Below are positions 61,350 through 64,000 of a stretch of 64,000 nucleotides of DNA, piece after piece. The notes beneath the pieces were generated by a model, which saw nothing but the letters and a program-made list of their open reading frames with translations, was not told where the DNA came from and did not search any database. Origin of the DNA: Felis catus (Eukaryota); assembly GCF_018350175.1 (NCBI RefSeq), contig NC_058375.1, positions 139,438,001 to 139,502,000 on the forward strand, in the 5' to 3' direction. The stretch's first letter is position 1. Each line of letters begins with the position of its first letter. A program made the position numbers and the translations under genes.

Positions 61350-61510
61350 GAACCTTGCTGTTCAGTTTGGTCTGTGGATATGGCATTACTTGGGAGTTTT
61401 GTTAAAATTGCTTGAATTTGAAGTCTCATTCTACACCTGTTGAATCAAAAATGTGCATTTTAAAAAGATCGCTAGGTGGTTCATATGCACATTAGAATTT
61501 GAGAAGCTTG
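61350..61510. mobile_element. MER5A-like MITE
   Basis: tgtgcattttaaaaagatcgctaggtggttcatatgcacattagaatttgagaagc. Confidence 0.75.
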
Positions 61511-62824
61511 GGTTTAGAGCAGTAGTTCTCAACCTTTTTTTTTTTTTTTTTTTTCCTGTAACATCTGAGGGTTTTGATACATTTCTATGAAATTCTCAAA
61601 TGGGTCCAGGAGATGGAGGATGGTTTTTTAAAATCTAACATAATATTGATGAATGCAGAGTATTCTGCCTCCCCCACCTCCCCTATGTGATTGCTTCCTT
61701 CATAGTGGCAGTAGAGTGTTTTTGTCTATTGCCCATTTCAGATTTGGTGGTTTCCGGAAGAATTGCTTTCCAAGCATTTTTCCAAGTATAGAGCTCTATA
61801 GTCTGGCACAGTTTTTTTTGTGGGTGAGAGATACTTATTTTCTTTCTGTGTAATTTCTGGGGTGAATGAATCCAATTTGCTAGCTTTTTTTTTTTTTTTT
61901 TTAATGTTCTTATTTTTCCTTTGCATAACCAGTGATCGAATTCTTGGTTGTTTTCACATATAGGTATCTTGAAATTTTCTGTAAGAGCTGTCTCTCTACT
62001 CTTAGTATTCAAGAAATGCAAAATTATACCGGAAATAACTTTGTTAATCAATAGATGAATTTGCTCAGTATCAAATAGTGCTTTTTAAAACCCTGTGTCA
62101 GTGATTTATTTTTGCTTAGTTTTGAATTTTCTCTACTACTGCTCATTTCTGTTGTTGTTTGTGGACATTTAAGAGCAAGCCAGCCATTGATGTTATTATC
62201 ACCTTCCTAAATTAGTGTTGATGTTGAAGGTCAGGGTCTTAATCAGCATCAGGAAATTCTCAATTTAAAACAAGGCTTCAAAAACCCAACAATTAGATAA
62301 CAAAGATTAATCATTAGTTACTTTATCAAGTGGAACTAGTTGCTGTTATATAACTTCTGATTGACTTGTTTTCCAAAACTGGATTTGTAAGTCAGGTTCT
62401 AGAATTATTACGTGTGTGATAAAATATGTCTATACAATAGGATTACTTTCACTTTTACATTTCTGCTTAAGGTATCAGTTACTCCAGCCTTTAAAGTCCT
62501 CTTACCTTCTTTTCTTCTTCAAATCCCCACAGGCAGTTAAGATAGAGAAACTGAGGGTGATTCAGTTCTTATTCATTTAAAATTTAACACAGCTGTTTTT
62601 CAGAAGAGAAAAATCTTTACCCTGTTATTAAATTCTAAAAAGAATTTATTGCAAATGGGCACTTACCTGTTTAGTTGATAAATGTCTTTAAATCCACTTT
62701 TATAGAAAAAAACAGAAACCTTAGTAATGTGACTTTATTGATTTTTTAGCTAAAGCTAATATATTTCTTTGGGAGGCAAAATTAATGAAATACATATAAC
62801 TTTACTTACAAAAGCAGTATTTAG

Positions 62825-64000
62825 AATATTAGAGGAATGGATAGGTAGCATATTGAGAGTAGATATCCTGTCTTCCTAATTTTAGGGGAGAAGCATTCAG
62901 TATTTCACTGAAGTACGGTGTTGTGGGTTTTGCTTTTAGTAGATCTCCTTTATCAGATTGAAGAAATTCTCTTATATGTTTTTAGTTTTCTGTGAATTTT
63001 TAGAAAGGATGTTGGATTTTGTAAATGCTTTTTCTGTGTATAGAAATGATCATGGCTTAAAAAAAATTAATATAGTGAATTACACTGGTTTTGAAATCAA
63101 TGTTGCATTCCTGGGATAAACCGTATTTGGTCATGTATTCTCCTTTTAACATGTTGGATTCTGTTTGCTAAATTTTTGTTTGGGATGATTGTATCTGAAG
63201 GGATATTCATCTGTAGTTGTCTTCTCCTGAAATGTCTTTTTCTGGTTTTGGTATCGTAATACTGGCTTCATAGAATGAGTTGATAAGTATTCTTTCCACT
63301 TCTGTATGATGGAAAAATTTGTGTAGAGTTGCTGTTTCCTCCTCAAATATTTTGTAGAATTTGTCAGTGAAGCCATCTGTCCCTGGAATTTTCTTGTATG
63401 AAGGATTTTTAACTATAGCTCAGTTTCTGTAATAGAGGGTCATTCAAATTATCTGTTTCTTCCTGAGTGAACTTTGGCAAAAGTTTGTTTCTTTTAAGGA
63501 AATTGTCCTTTTCACTTATTGACAAGTTTACTGGTATGAAGTTCATAATACACTCTAGGGTGATGTTTCCTCTTATGTTCCTGATATTGGTAATTTGTGT
63601 CTTCCCACTTTTCCCCTCATCAGTCTGGCTAGAAGCTTATCAATTTTATTGATTTTGTTAAAGAATCAGCTTTTGGGTTCATTGGTTTTTCTCTGTTGAT
63701 TTTGTTTTGTTTTATTGATTTCCACTTTAATCTTGATCATTTCCTTTCTTCTGCTTACTCGGGTTCTAATATGCTCTTTTTTCTAGTTTCTTAGGGTGGA
63801 AGCTAATGTTATTGATTTAAGACCTTTTTAATGTAAGTATTGAGTACAATAAATTTTCTATTTTAGCAATATTTTGCAACTTTTTGTTTAAATTTTCGTT
63901 CACCTTAAGATACTTTGTAATTTTCCTTTTGATACTTCTGACCCTGGGGTTATTTAGAAATGTGTTAGTTTCCAAATATTTAATGGTTTCACAGAGATTT
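62825..64000 (-). mobile_element. Old L1 ORF2 fragment running off the window
   Basis: gcattcctgggataaa...tgctaaatttttg; atactggcttcatagaatgagttg; ttttgtagaatttgtcagtgaagccatctg; aagaatcagcttttgggttcattg. Confidence 0.85.

Larger units (their letters stand above)
39900..64000 (+). other. Probable 5' intronic region of a + strand gene
   Basis: Follows the CpG island; visible T>A and G>C excess on +; most L1 fragments antisense; no recognisable coding exon. Confidence 0.65.

Noticed and set aside
38080-64000. Attempt to name the gene
   Set aside because: Exon 1 is unsequenced and no recognisable coding exon is in the window; any symbol would be a guess.

Overview
This is non-coding mammalian DNA from a feliform carnivore, very probably a cat-family species, judged by about 30 tRNA-derived Can-SINEs of SINEC_Fc type. 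The draft assembly has seven N-gaps. No protein-coding exon or gene name can be supported, and the ORF track is explained by SINE/LINE sequence, gaps and chance. Bases 1-38 kb are intergenic and rich in old repeats (L2, MIR, MLT1, MER5/20/63, Charlie1). A CpG-island promoter lies at about 38.1-40.0 kb; its core, probably holding exon 1, is hidden in an 879-nt gap. Downstream, the + strand is visibly G+T-skewed with mostly antisense L1 pieces, consistent with a long first intron of a + strand gene, and has one good 40-nt micro-exon candidate. I found no new multi-gene system. The most unusual signal is a composite insertion at 36.39-36.83 kb: inside one target-site duplication (TSD) lie a complete SINE, about 175 nt of unique sequence copied from 5 kb downstream across the CpG island, and a second SINE tail. 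Other notable structures are a twin-primed, tail-less L1 inside MER119, a SINE with a putative 34-nt 3' transduction, a 380-nt palindromic Tc1/mariner-like MITE, tail-only retro-insertions and three phased CCAAT boxes. Repeat family names come from recalled consensus sequences and need RepeatMasker/Dfam confirmation; old-repeat boundaries are approximate.
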